DNA of 51,188 nt from Bacteroidales bacterium (GCA_017964465.1 JAGCRY010000182.1:1-51188); one strand, 5' to 3'. Shown: positions 37,341 to 47,342, counted from the first letter of the stretch. Program-made: numbers and translations. Notes: a model not told the origin generated them from the letters alone.

Positions 37341-38012
37341 TTAGAATTGTCCGAAACTGAATGTCACTCCGTAGAACAGCGAATTGAGACCGTCGGAGGA
37401 TATTATCTGAGCCTTGGTGTCGTAATATTCAAGGTCGTGACCCATGAGGAACTTGTATGAAACGCCAAGAGCGATGTGGAAGTTTTTGACGACATTGAAC
37501 TCCACCCTTGCGCCTGGCTCCACTTCAAACACAATGCTGTGATCTTCACGGTTGTAGCGGCTGCGATAGTGGTAATGGTCATCATAGTCCGCCCATGCGT
37601 CGTCGCTGTAAGACAAATCGCCAACACCAAATTTTATCGGGAACGAAATGTGCACCGGCGAGCGGTATCCAACAATAGGCTTCACAAACACGCCGCCTGT
37701 TATGCAGTCGAATTGATACTTGTCGTTGTCGAGTTGTTTGTCGGCTTCTTTGGTTGTGACAAATCCATTGCCATAGAGACCTAATTCAACGCCATGTCCG
37801 ATGATGACGCCTGCCTCAATGCCGCCATTGAATGTCGCGCGACCGTCAACAGAGCCTCCTCCAATTGTTACGGAGCCTTCAAAACCTACATCCACACATT
37901 CCTTGCCCTCGGGACGCTGGAATATTGTGCGCTGTTCGTCTTCCTGCTGTGCCGCCGAGAACAATGGCAGCGCAAGGAGCGTTGCGGCGGCTATTATATG
38001 ACGTATTTTCAT
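37341..38012 (-). CDS. Small outer-membrane beta-barrel protein
   Basis: Signal peptide, amphipathic Gly/aromatic strands, VEPGARVEFNV, C-terminal Phe (FSFGQF). Confidence 0.75.
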   Translation of the reverse strand: MKIRHIIAAATLLALPLFSAAQQEDEQRTIFQRPEGKECVDVGFEGSVTIGGGSVDGRATFNGGIEAGVIIGHGVELGLYGNGFVTTKEADKQLDNDKYQFDCITGGVFVKPIVGYRSPVHISFPIKFGVGDLSYSDDAWADYDDHYHYRSRYNREDHSIVFEVEPGARVEFNVVKNFHIALGVSYKFLMGHDLEYYDTKAQIISSDGLNSLFYGVTFSFGQF

Positions 38013-38103
38013 AATGTTGTTTTTTTAGTTTTGTAATGCAACAATTATTTGTTACTTTTGTTACCACAATCATAAATTACAATTACCGTTCCATTTTTTC
38101 GTG

Positions 38104-39222
38104 ATGAAGTATTTTTTGATAGCGGGGGAGGCGTCCGGCGATTTGCACGCCTCTAATCTGATGAGGCAGTTGAAGGTCCAAGATCCCGATGCTGATTTCA
38201 TGTTTCTTGGCGGCGACCTGATGCAGGCTCAGGGCGGCAAGATGCTTGTGCATTACCGAGAAATGGCTTATATGGGCGTTTGGGAAGTCATCGCTAACGC
38301 CGGCAAGGTCAAGCGAAATTTTAAGGTCTGCAAGGATGCGATGTTGGAGTACAAGCCTGACGCAGTGATACTTGTGGATTATCCAGGTTTCAATCTAAGG
38401 ATGGCGCGGTTCGCCAAGGAACACGGACTGCGTACTTATTATTATATATCGCCGAAGATTTGGGCGTGGAAAAAACGTCGTGCCTACACCATCAAGAAGT
38501 ATGTTGACAAGATGTTTGCAATTTTCCCGTTTGAGATAGATTTCTACAAACAATTTGATTATCATGTGGAGTATGTCGGGAATCCACTCGTGGACGCTAT
38601 GAAGGAATCGGAGTCTCAAATGCTTGATGGCAAGGCTTTTCGTGAAAAATATTCTCTGTCAGATGCGCCTATCATCGCCCTCGTGCCTGGCAGTCGCAAG
38701 AGCGAGATAGACAAGTTGTTGCCTGAAATGTTGGCTGTTGTTCCAGAGTTTCCTGACTATCAGTTCATTGTGTGTGGTGCGCCGGGTATTGCGACGGATT
38801 TCTATGACAAATATGTGGCTGGCAGCGCGGTGCGTGTAATTTTCAACGACACTTATAATATTGTGCGCAATTCAGCAGCGGCGGCTGTTACGTCCGGCAC
38901 GGCGACTTTGGAGACGGCTTTCCTTGGCACTCCACAGGTGGTCTGCTATAAGATGAGTGGGTTGACGTATGCTTTGGCGGAGATGTTTGTAAAGATTAAA
39001 TATTTTTCACTCGTAAACATTATTGTCGGTCGCGAGGTTGTCAAGGAACTTCTGCAGTCACATCTTAGCAAGGACATTGCAGACGAACTGCGTCATATCC
39101 TCAATGATGCCGACTATCGCGCCGCTATGCTCAAATCCTACGACGAAATACGAGCCACACTCGGCGATGGCCTTGCCTCGGCGAATACGGCGAAGGTGAT
39201 AGTGGGGGAGAGGAAAGATTAA
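38104..39222 (+). CDS. lpxB: Lipid A disaccharide synthase
   Basis: IAGEASGDLH, VDYPGFN, YYISPKIWAWK, VGNPL, PGSR, SGTATLE. Confidence 0.98.
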   Translation: MKYFLIAGEASGDLHASNLMRQLKVQDPDADFMFLGGDLMQAQGGKMLVHYREMAYMGVWEVIANAGKVKRNFKVCKDAMLEYKPDAVILVDYPGFNLRMARFAKEHGLRTYYYISPKIWAWKKRRAYTIKKYVDKMFAIFPFEIDFYKQFDYHVEYVGNPLVDAMKESESQMLDGKAFREKYSLSDAPIIALVPGSRKSEIDKLLPEMLAVVPEFPDYQFIVCGAPGIATDFYDKYVAGSAVRVIFNDTYNIVRNSAAAAVTSGTATLETAFLGTPQVVCYKMSGLTYALAEMFVKIKYFSLVNIIVGREVVKELLQSHLSKDIADELRHILNDADYRAAMLKSYDEIRATLGDGLASANTAKVIVGERKD

Positions 39223-39314
39223 AGAGGAAAGATTAGATATTTTCTATCAATTTTATTTTGTAATTGACGGCGATTTGATTATTTTTGCAGTCGGAAACAC
39301 ATTAAAGAAAAACA

Positions 39315-39473
39315 ATGAGCGCTGATTTCAAAATTATCATTGTGGCACTTGCTTTGGTTGTATGGCTTGTGTCGTTTTTTGTAAGGCAACAGAACAGGTC
39401 TTTGGGCGTCAAACTGTCGTGGATCGCTGTCATTCTTGCGATGGTTTCGGTGGTTATGTTTTGGCTCACATGA
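39315..39473 (+). CDS. Small two-TM membrane protein (52 aa), below the ORF-track cutoff
   Basis: MSADFKIIIVALALVVWLVSFFVRQQNRSLGVKLSWIAVILAMVSVVMFWLT. A-rich translation start; promoter TTTG 39257 and TATTTTTG 39280-39287. Confidence 0.7.
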   Translation: MSADFKIIIVALALVVWLVSFFVRQQNRSLGVKLSWIAVILAMVSVVMFWLT

Positions 39474-39578
39474 AAAATGCTGCCCTATATGCGTCAATCG
39501 GCACGTATGTTGCAATGTAATTTTGAAGGAATGATGTTTATCAAGCGTAAAAAACCGACCAACTAAATCTTTTGCATC

Positions 39579-39815
39579 ATGGAAAAGCCAAGGGTGTTGT
39601 TTGAGGAATGTCCCGCTTTGGGCGGATATACGCTCACGGTCAGGGACGACTGGAGTTATAAGCCGAAGAAGGTTTCCGTCACCGTTGAGGAGAAGGAGGC
39701 CTATGAAAAGCATTTCGGCAACAAACTCATTACATACAACGAGTTTATGGAATGGTGGAAAGAATATAACAACGTCAACAAACGCAAGGGTTTTGAACTC
39801 GATATGAGCATGTAG
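39579..39815 (+). CDS. Small hypothetical protein, VRDDWSYK paralog A
   Basis: Colinear similarity to 39862-40077. Confidence 0.8.
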   Translation: MEKPRVLFEECPALGGYTLTVRDDWSYKPKKVSVTVEEKEAYEKHFGNKLITYNEFMEWWKEYNNVNKRKGFELDMSM

Positions 39816-39861
39816 TTCTATCCCCTCGCAGGCGACGCAAACAAAAAACTATTAAACAGAA

Positions 39862-40077
39862 ATGAAAGAAACGGTCAAAATATTCGAAGAAAGCACGATG
39901 GTAGGTGGCTGGGCCCTCGCAGTACGCGATGACTGGAGCTACAAGATCAAGCGTGTCAACGTCACCGACGAGGAGAAGGCGGCGTATGAGAAGGAATTTG
40001 GCGACCAAATCATTACATACGACCGCTTTTTCAACTGGTGGGTCAAGTTAAACGATTTTGGAAACTACTCAAAATAG
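39862..40077 (+). CDS. Small hypothetical protein, VRDDWSYK paralog B
   Basis: FEE..GG..L.VRDDWSYK.K.V.VT.EEK.AYEK.FG...ITY..F..WW shared with 39579-39815. Confidence 0.8.
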   Translation: MKETVKIFEESTMVGGWALAVRDDWSYKIKRVNVTDEEKAAYEKEFGDQIITYDRFFNWWVKLNDFGNYSK

Positions 40078-40081
40078 ATAT

Positions 40082-40117
40082 ATAAAAAAATACCGCCGTA
40101 TGGCGGTATTTTTTTAT
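40082..40117. terminator. Bidirectional terminator
   Basis: ataaaaaaataccgcc-gtat-ggcggtatttttttat. Confidence 0.92.
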
Positions 40118-40132
40118 TGGGGATTTTTCTTT

Positions 40133-40489
40133 TTACTTGCCGGATTCTTTTGCGCCGGTTGTGTCGGTTGTGTCAGCTACGACGCTTGTCTTTTCCACGC
40201 TGATTTCCACGCCCTCTGCTATGAGAACAAGGAATGTTGTTTCTGTGGAGCCTGAAATTGTGCCGTGGATGCCGCCGACGGTCATTACCTTATCGCCTTT
40301 GGCGAGACCGTTACGGAATTGTTCGAGTTCCTTGTTACGCTTTTGCTGAGGCCTAATCATGAAGAAATACATAACCACGCCCATCAAAAGGAGCGGCAAA
40401 AGGAGCTGTGAAAATGCTCCGCCGGTGCTTGTTGCTGCTGTTCCGGCTGCCGGTGCGCCGTCACAAAGGATGAAGTTCAAGAATGTCAT
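40133..40489 (-). CDS. yajC: Preprotein translocase subunit YajC
   Basis: MYFFMIRPQQKR, L.KGDKVMTVGGIHG. Confidence 0.96.
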   Translation of the reverse strand: MTFLNFILCDGAPAAGTAATSTGGAFSQLLLPLLLMGVVMYFFMIRPQQKRNKELEQFRNGLAKGDKVMTVGGIHGTISGSTETTFLVLIAEGVEISVEKTSVVADTTDTTGAKESGK

Positions 40490-40538
40490 TTTATTTTTGT
40501 TTTATGTTTGTAATTACGATTTATGTTTTTCCTTTTTT

Positions 40539-40985
40539 TCAGTCGTTGGTCTTCACTGTGCCTTTCAGGACGAGTTCAAAGATATTGTCCTTGCAGTTTG
40601 AAACAACTTTGATGGTCTTGTATTGGGCGCCTTCCTTGCCATCGGAATCGAAGCGGACGCGGATTGTGCCTTTCATGCCCGGGGCGACGGGTGCGCGGTC
40701 GTATTCAGGGACTGTGCAGCCGCATGAGGTCTCCACCTTGCGGATTATCAGGTCGGCTTTGCCAGTGTTTTTGAATGTGAATGTCGTGCCGACTTGCTCT
40801 CCCTGCAGAATTGTGCCGAAGTCGAATACCGCCGTGTCAAATTCAATCTCTGGTTGGAGCGTGGTGTCCTTAGTAGAGGAGTCAGCGGATGATGCGCTTT
40901 GTGTGCCGCTGTTGGCATTGTTTCCGCCGCATGATGACATTATCATCATGGCAACGAATGTCAGTAATATGCAAATCCTGTACAT
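40539..40985 (-). CDS. DUF1573 domain lipoprotein
   Basis: FDFGTI, FKNTGKADLII..V..SCGCT, APG. nusB-DUF1573-yajC order is typical of Bacteroidota. Confidence 0.92.
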   Translation of the reverse strand: MYRICILLTFVAMMIMSSCGGNNANSGTQSASSADSSTKDTTLQPEIEFDTAVFDFGTILQGEQVGTTFTFKNTGKADLIIRKVETSCGCTVPEYDRAPVAPGMKGTIRVRFDSDGKEGAQYKTIKVVSNCKDNIFELVLKGTVKTND

Positions 40986-41008
40986 GGTTGATTATTTGAT
41001 GTTTATGG

Positions 41009-41953
41009 TTACTCTGTCGGCAGTGCGTCTGTGGGTTTTATTATGTCGCCGGATTCACGGAGTTTCTGCACAATCTTGTCGAGCACTCCATTGATGAACA
41101 GCGGGCTTTTTTCTGTGGAATAGTTTTTTGCTATTTCAATGTACTCATTGAAGGTTACGCGCAGGGGGATGTTCGGGAATTGTTCAACCTCCGCTAATGC
41201 CACTTGAATCAAAAGGATGTCGAGCAAGGCGATGCGCTCCAAATCCCAGTTTTCGGCATTTTCAGAAATCATTTCGCGATACTTGTCACAGCCTGCAACC
41301 GCCTTTAGCAGAAGTTGGTCGGCGAATTGGGCGTCTTCGTCGTTCTTGTATTTCGGCAGCACTTTTGCGTTTGCGCCATGACTGGCTTTGTAGCGGTCGA
41401 TTGTGCGGAGCGCCATGCCGACGAAAAATTCAACAGTGTCAATCCAATATACTGATTGTGACTCGATTGCGTCGAAGAAGTCGTTGTTTTCGAGAATGAC
41501 ATGTTCGAGCATGAAAGCCACAATAGCCTTGTCTTTTGCGTACGATTCTTCCTTGTCCGCCATGTACGCTTTGTACTCGTCGGTTAGGGCGAGGTCGTTG
41601 AAGACGCTCTTTGGCACGTGCTGGTACTGCGCCCACGACAAACTGCGAGCCGTGAGGTAGGTTTGCAGGGCTTCGTTTTCCCGCAATTGTGTTATCAACT
41701 TGTTGTTGACGAATTTTTTGTTTGGGTTGAGTTCGGTTAGTGTCGCCATATACTTCAGTTTCGCTGCTTCCTGTTGACGGTCGCAGTAGTCGGCTACTTC
41801 CACGCATAACTGCAACACATAAAAATACAGGTCATACGAGCGGTCGATGCTTGCGGCAAGTTCCTTCTGCGCATTGATGAGTTCACCCTCTCCCTGATAG
41901 TACGAGTAGATGGTCTGCAACACCTTGATCCTCAATATTCTTCTGCTTATCAT
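41009..41953 (-). CDS. nusB: Transcription antitermination factor NusB (long Bacteroidota form)
   Basis: Start MISRRILRIKVLQ; WDLERIALLD, NEYIEIAKNYST.KS..FINGVLD. Confidence 0.96.
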   Translation of the reverse strand: MISRRILRIKVLQTIYSYYQGEGELINAQKELAASIDRSYDLYFYVLQLCVEVADYCDRQQEAAKLKYMATLTELNPNKKFVNNKLITQLRENEALQTYLTARSLSWAQYQHVPKSVFNDLALTDEYKAYMADKEESYAKDKAIVAFMLEHVILENNDFFDAIESQSVYWIDTVEFFVGMALRTIDRYKASHGANAKVLPKYKNDEDAQFADQLLLKAVAGCDKYREMISENAENWDLERIALLDILLIQVALAEVEQFPNIPLRVTFNEYIEIAKNYSTEKSPLFINGVLDKIVQKLRESGDIIKPTDALPTE

Positions 41954-42036
41954 CGTGTAGAACGTCTTGTTTGTTTCAAGTTGCAAAGATAGTGATAATC
42001 CGTGGGATAGAAAAATTTTATTTGAGGATTTTATGT

Positions 42037-42070
42037 AAAAAAATAGGCACGGCATTTTTGCCGTGCCCAT
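42037..42070 (-). terminator. Intrinsic terminator after the TonB-dependent receptor
   Basis: Minus strand atgggcacggc-aaaaat-gccgtgcctat followed by ttttttt. Confidence 0.85.
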
Positions 42071-42107
42071 TTCTTTGAATGATTATGAAGAGATGATGTG
42101 TTTCGCT

Positions 42108-44594
42108 TTAGAAGTCCATTCCGCCGTCGTCGCCGAATGAAGAATCGTCTTCGTCGTCGCGGTCGCCGCCTTCGCCTTCTTCTCCGTCGGGGCGTTTCTC
42201 CTTTATGCTGTTGAATTTATAGGAGATGCCGAGGTTCCAGAACGGGGCTGCACGGTGTCTTTCGGTATGGAGCCAGAATTCGGGTGTGTCGGTTGTGGAT
42301 TTGCTTGTGCCGGTGTTGAGCATGTCCCTCATGCTGAACGACATGGAGACCCTTTTCTTGAAGAAACTCTGACGGATGGCGAGACCGAGGTCGATGTTGC
42401 CTTTGTTAGAGGAGATGAGGGTCTTATTGCTGCCGTTATAGCGCATTGTGATTTGGATTTTTGTTGTCTTGCCGGGCGAGAGCGAGAGAGTCTCTTTTGT
42501 GCGCCATGACTGTCCGTCTTGTTTTTTCAACACGTCGTTATACACACCTTTTATATAGTATCTGCGCACTTCAAATGTGGAGTTCAAGCGCATCCATTTT
42601 GTGATATCGTATGTGCCGGTGAGTTCGAGGCCGAAATTGTTGTTTGTGGACAGGTTCTCAAACCTCGAAATCAATATGCCCGAGCCGTCTGGTGCAAGTG
42701 TGCTGACGTTTTCGGTTGCGCCGTCGGTGTGGCGATAGAATGTTTCGAGAGCGATGAAAAGATTGTCAAAGTTCATCTGGTAGTTGAGTTCCATTACATC
42801 GGTGTATTGCGGTTTGAGTCCCGGGTTGCCCACAAAACGCGAATATTCATCGGAATATCCTGGGAATGGGTTCAATGCGCGTTCCCACGGACGGCGGATG
42901 CGCCTTGAATATCCAGCCTGGATAGAATTGCGCTCGCCTACGCCTTGTGAGATGTGGATGGACGGGAAGATGTCGAAGCGGTTAATTTTGTAGGTGGAGT
43001 CGGAGATGTCGTTTTGTGTGTCCATCTGACGGTATGTGTATTCTCCGCGCAGTCCGAGTTGGAGTCCGAATTTGCCCCATGTCTTGCCGTATGTTGCGTA
43101 CATTGATGTTATGGAGCGGAGGAATGTGAGGTCGTTTGAAAATTCGGGATTGCGTTTGAAAGCGTCCGATGCCTGCAGGTAGTCGTTGAATACATAGTCG
43201 GTCACGGCACGGTTGTAGTCTTCCTGGAAACCTGCTTCAAATTTGCCACCGTTGTCGTCCAATGGTTTTGTGTAATCGACATTGAAACGTCCACGGGTTG
43301 TAGATTTGTCATCGTCGATGTCGTGTCCGGTCTCCCTTTTAGTTTCTATTACACTTTGTCTGAATGTATTGTCCGCTTCACGTTTGTTGCGTGATACAAA
43401 ACCGCTCGCTACAATCTTGTGGCCTTTGCCGAAGAAGTTGTGTGTGAAGGAGAAGTTTGCGTTGACGTATTTTGAATTGTCTTCGTCGTCGGATTTTGAA
43501 TTGACGGTTTCGATGTTGTCCCATGTTGTCACATCGTCGTAGGCGTCTTTCAACTGTGTCCAGTTATCATAATAGGTGTGTCCGTCGCCTTCGCTGCTGA
43601 ACAGACCTGCGCTTACGGAGAAGTTCAAGAGGTTGTTGTCGTCGAAATTGTAGTCAAAGCCTGTTCTGAAGCCGCCGCCGCCGAAATGACGTGTGTTGTC
43701 GTTCTTCTGGTTGACATACTTGTCGAGACCTTCCACGTTTTTGGTTATGCGGTTCGATTTGGAGTCAAATTCGTTGCCACGGCGGTTATAGTAGCCGCCC
43801 ACGAAGAAGTTGATTTTGCCGGTGCGCTTGTTGATGAGGAAGTCGCCGCCGTATCGTCCTTGGCTGCCGACGTTTGCATTGACAACACCGTTGATGCCTG
43901 GGATGACGTTTTTCTTTGTGACAAGGTTGATGATGCCGGTAGTGCCTTCAGGGTCATATTTTGCTGACGGATTGGTGATTATCTCGATGTTGTCGATCAT
44001 TGCAGCGGGCGTTTGTTTCAGTACGTCTGCTGCGTCGAGGGCGGTCGGCTTGCCGTCGATGAGGACTGTGAAGTTGCTGCTGCCACGGAGCGACACGTTT
44101 CCGTCGATGTCCACGTCCACGCTCGGCACACCTTCGAGAGCGTCTGCCGCGCTACCGTTGTCGGCGTTGATGTCTGTGGAGAGGTTGATGACTTTTTTGT
44201 CAAGTTGATAGGAGATGTCTTTCTTTTTGGCTGTGACCTCAACTTCCTCAATTTCGGCGTCGGAAGATGATAGTTTAATTGTGCCAAGTTGCTTAACACT
44301 GCCTGTTACCTGGATGTCCTTGATTTCCAGTGGTTCGTAGCCGATGAAGGATGCTTTTAGGCTGTATGTGCCGTTTTTCAAACCGTCAACGCTGAATTTG
44401 CCATCGTTGTCGGTGATTGTGCCGGTTACGAGAGAGTTGTTTGCCTGGTTGTAGATTGCTACAGTGGCGTATTCCACCGGCTGTCCGGTGCGTGCGTCCA
44501 CGATTTTGCCGGTGATTCCACCCGCTAAAATGTTGGCGTATGTGCTCACAAATGTAAGGAGCATCAGTAACGTCAACGATAAAAATTTTCCCAT
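42108..44594 (-). CDS. TonB-dependent receptor / outer-membrane beta-barrel with carboxypeptidase-regulatory-like N-domain
   Basis: ITGKIVD..TGQPVEYATV, plug VPSVDVDIDGNVSLRGS, IEIITNPSAKYDPEG..GIIN, GNPGLKP. Confidence 0.92.
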   Translation of the reverse strand: MGKFLSLTLLMLLTFVSTYANILAGGITGKIVDARTGQPVEYATVAIYNQANNSLVTGTITDNDGKFSVDGLKNGTYSLKASFIGYEPLEIKDIQVTGSVKQLGTIKLSSSDAEIEEVEVTAKKKDISYQLDKKVINLSTDINADNGSAADALEGVPSVDVDIDGNVSLRGSSNFTVLIDGKPTALDAADVLKQTPAAMIDNIEIITNPSAKYDPEGTTGIINLVTKKNVIPGINGVVNANVGSQGRYGGDFLINKRTGKINFFVGGYYNRRGNEFDSKSNRITKNVEGLDKYVNQKNDNTRHFGGGGFRTGFDYNFDDNNLLNFSVSAGLFSSEGDGHTYYDNWTQLKDAYDDVTTWDNIETVNSKSDDEDNSKYVNANFSFTHNFFGKGHKIVASGFVSRNKREADNTFRQSVIETKRETGHDIDDDKSTTRGRFNVDYTKPLDDNGGKFEAGFQEDYNRAVTDYVFNDYLQASDAFKRNPEFSNDLTFLRSITSMYATYGKTWGKFGLQLGLRGEYTYRQMDTQNDISDSTYKINRFDIFPSIHISQGVGERNSIQAGYSRRIRRPWERALNPFPGYSDEYSRFVGNPGLKPQYTDVMELNYQMNFDNLFIALETFYRHTDGATENVSTLAPDGSGILISRFENLSTNNNFGLELTGTYDITKWMRLNSTFEVRRYYIKGVYNDVLKKQDGQSWRTKETLSLSPGKTTKIQITMRYNGSNKTLISSNKGNIDLGLAIRQSFFKKRVSMSFSMRDMLNTGTSKSTTDTPEFWLHTERHRAAPFWNLGISYKFNSIKEKRPDGEEGEGGDRDDEDDSSFGDDGGMDF

Positions 44595-44807
44595 TTTTTG
44601 TTTTGCTTGCTGAATGTATAAAAAACCTATTGTTATGTTGTGTATTATTGATACATTTAGCGCAAAATGGTTTAATTACATTCCAAACAAAATGTCTTTG
44701 TATGTGAATACAAAGTAGCCTATTACTGCAAACACCACAATATAGATGAGCATTTTGACGAATATTGGCATCTGGTTGTTTTTCATATTGATCTGTTGAT
44801 TTATGAT

Positions 44808-45734
44808 TTATTGATTGGACGGGAGGTAGGAGCCTTTCCCGTAGTCGATTTTGTCGAGGAATGCTTTTCCTTCCGTCATGATTTTTTCATAAAGTTGTGC
44901 GCCTTCGAGTTTGTATGTCTCGTTTTGGAGGTCGAGGTCGTCGAAAAGTGGCTGTGAGAGTTGCATGAAGTTGTCCATTTCGGCGATTTTGACGTGGAGG
45001 TCGTTTGTGAGGTTTTCGATTGCTGTGTCGTACATTTCGTTCTGCTGGAAGTTGCCATTCATGATGTTTTTGGCGTTGACCATTGCAGAATATCCGCTTG
45101 AAATCGCTGCAAACTCCTGTTTTTTCATGCGAATCTCGTTTTTTGTGTCGTTGAGTTTGAATGAAGAGTAGGAGTGCATTTTAATAAGGACATTGTTGAG
45201 GTCGTCCATGCGCCCTACCATGAGGGCGTATTTTTCATTGAGTTTGTGGAGGCGTCCTATCTGATTGAAATGAACGGCGACGACTTCGCTCCTGCCTTGA
45301 CGCTGCGCCTCGTCGATGATACGTGTTGATTTTTCAATTTCTCGGTTGTTCTGCTTGATTGTGTCTTTCATTTTTACAATCTGTTTGCGGAGTTTGGCGA
45401 TGTTGTCGCTGAGTTCATTGAAGTTTTTTTCGAGGTTCTTCACGTATGATTCGAGGATTTTGATGGGGTCGAGTTCTGTGAACCAGCCTGTTATCTTCCG
45501 CATGAGCCATTTGAAACCATAGGAAACGAGATTCCGCGCCCGCTTGTCGGTGATGATGAACAAAAGCAGTCCCAACACAGCAAACAAGCCCATCGTGCCC
45601 GCCACGCTGCCGTTCAAGGTCGCTTTGACGCTGTCGATGATGGGGTTATGTAACACTCCAACTGCGGCGAGTGTTCCAAGTATCACGGCAAGTCCCACCT
45701 TGCCTTCTTTTTTTGAAAAAAATGATTTTGCCAT
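44808..45734 (-). CDS. Membrane-anchored long coiled-coil protein (PspA/IM30-like, tentative)
   Basis: Two N-terminal TM helices, then DPIKILESYVKNL and about 200 aa of heptad-rich helix. Start set at MAKSFF. Confidence 0.6.
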   Translation of the reverse strand: MAKSFFSKKEGKVGLAVILGTLAAVGVLHNPIIDSVKATLNGSVAGTMGLFAVLGLLLFIITDKRARNLVSYGFKWLMRKITGWFTELDPIKILESYVKNLEKNFNELSDNIAKLRKQIVKMKDTIKQNNREIEKSTRIIDEAQRQGRSEVVAVHFNQIGRLHKLNEKYALMVGRMDDLNNVLIKMHSYSSFKLNDTKNEIRMKKQEFAAISSGYSAMVNAKNIMNGNFQQNEMYDTAIENLTNDLHVKIAEMDNFMQLSQPLFDDLDLQNETYKLEGAQLYEKIMTEGKAFLDKIDYGKGSYLPSNQ

Positions 45735-45875
45735 TATAGTGCTAAAATTTCCGAGATTTTCGTTATTGAGCAGCGACAAAGATAAGAAAGTTTTTTAACA
45801 AAATAAAAATATTGTTCTCCAATTTTTTTTATTAACTTTGCGGCATATTTTACACATCAAAACAAGAAAACTTCA

Positions 45876-47153
45876 ATGGAAAAAGATCAGGAAATTTTTG
45901 ACCTTATCGACAAGGAATACGACCGTCAAAAGAACGGAATCGAACTCATCGCGTCGGAAAACTTCGTGAGTGCCAATGTGATGCGTGCTATGGGCAGCAT
46001 CCTCACCAACAAGTATGCCGAGGGCTTGCCCGGCAAGCGTTTCTACGGCGGATGCGGCATCGTGGACCATGTGGAGACCATCGCAATCGAGCGTCTCAAA
46101 AAACTCTACGACGCCGAATGGGTCAACGTGCAGCCCCACTCGGGCGCACAGGCCAATATGGCTGTGCTCTCCACGGTTTTGCAGCCCGGCGACACTTTTA
46201 TGGGTCTCGACCTCGACCACGGCGGACACCTCTCGCACGGCTCGCCCGTCAACTCTTCGGGCAAACTCTAAAACCACGTTTCCTACAATGTAAACGAAAA
46301 GACTGGTCTCGTTGACTACGACCAGATGGAGCGCGTGGCTTTGGAGTGCAAGCCAAAACTCATCATCGGCGGCGCGTCGGCTTATTCCCGCGATTGGGAT
46401 TACGAGCGTATGCGTGCCATCGCCGACAAGGTGGGCGCACTTGTGATGATAGATATGGCTCACCCCGCCGGTCTTATCGCCGCAGGCCTCCTCAAAAACC
46501 CGCTCAAATACGTTCACATCGTAACATCCACCACACACAAGACCCTTCGCGGACCTCGTGGCGGCATCATCCTCTTGGGCAAGGACTTCGAGAATCCGTG
46601 GGGTTTGAAGACTCCCAAGGGCGTTACCAAGACAATGTCGCAACTCCTTGATTCTGCGGTGTTCCCGGGCATCCAGGGCGGTCCTTTAGAGCACGTAATT
46701 GCTGCCAAGGCTGTGGCATTTGGCGAGGCGTTGACCCCCGAATTCAAGGCATATCAGACTCAGGTGCAGAAGAACGCCCGCGTAATGGCTGGCGAACTTA
46801 TGAACCGTGGCTACAAAATCCTCTCCGGCGGCACCGACAACCACTCGATGCTCGTTGATCTCCGTCAGAATTTCCCCGACATCACTGGCAAGGAAGTGCA
46901 GATTGCGTTGGAGAAGGCAGGCATCACCGCCAACAAGAATATGGTTCCCTTCGACTCTCGCTCGGCGTTCCAGACTTCAGGCATCCGTCTTGGCACACCC
47001 GCAATCACCACCCGTGGCCTCAAAGAGAACGAAATCCTCCGCGTAGTTGATTTCATCGACACCGTCATCAAAAACATCAACAACGAAGACGTAATCGCCA
47101 AAGTACACGGCGAGGTAGTCGATATGATGAAAAACTATCCGCTCGACAAGTAA
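45876..47153 (+). pseudogene. glyA: Serine hydroxymethyltransferase interrupted by an in-frame TAA at 46269-46271
   Basis: ELIASEN, NKYAEG, NVQPHSG, GGHLSHG, then SGKL*NHVSYNV in the same frame through [12 protein letters not shown] and SGIRLGTPA. May be a base-call error rather than a true pseudogene. Confidence 0.85.
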
Positions 47154-47156
47154 TAT

Positions 47157-47250
47157 TGGAGTGCGGACGGCTCGTCCGCCAAATAATCTGGCGTGCAGAC
47201 ATCTCGTCCGCCAAACAATTTGGAGTGCAGACACCCTCGTCCGCACTCCA
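47157..47250. repeat. Cluster of three 32-bp REP-like units, probably also the glyA terminator
   Basis: Units start at 47157, 47189 and 47221 (tgg.gtgc.gac...ctcgtccgc). Outer 13-bp inverted repeat tggagtgcggacg/cgtccgcactcca, followed by tttttt. Confidence 0.8.
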
Positions 47251-47342
47251 TTTTTTATTACGCATATTTCGTAAAATTTAAATATTCCTTAATATTCTGT
47301 TTGCCAAAAGTTTCGTAAATTGCGGGTTGATATTTTCTACTT

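Noticed and set aside
46269-46271. Stop-codon reassignment (TAA as sense) suggested by glyA
   Set aside because: TAA terminates many genes here at the expected positions (proA, mutS, rsmA, lpxB), and no other gene is interrupted.
47157-47250. Possible mini-CRISPR
   Set aside because: Units abut with no spacers; better explained as REP-like repeats.
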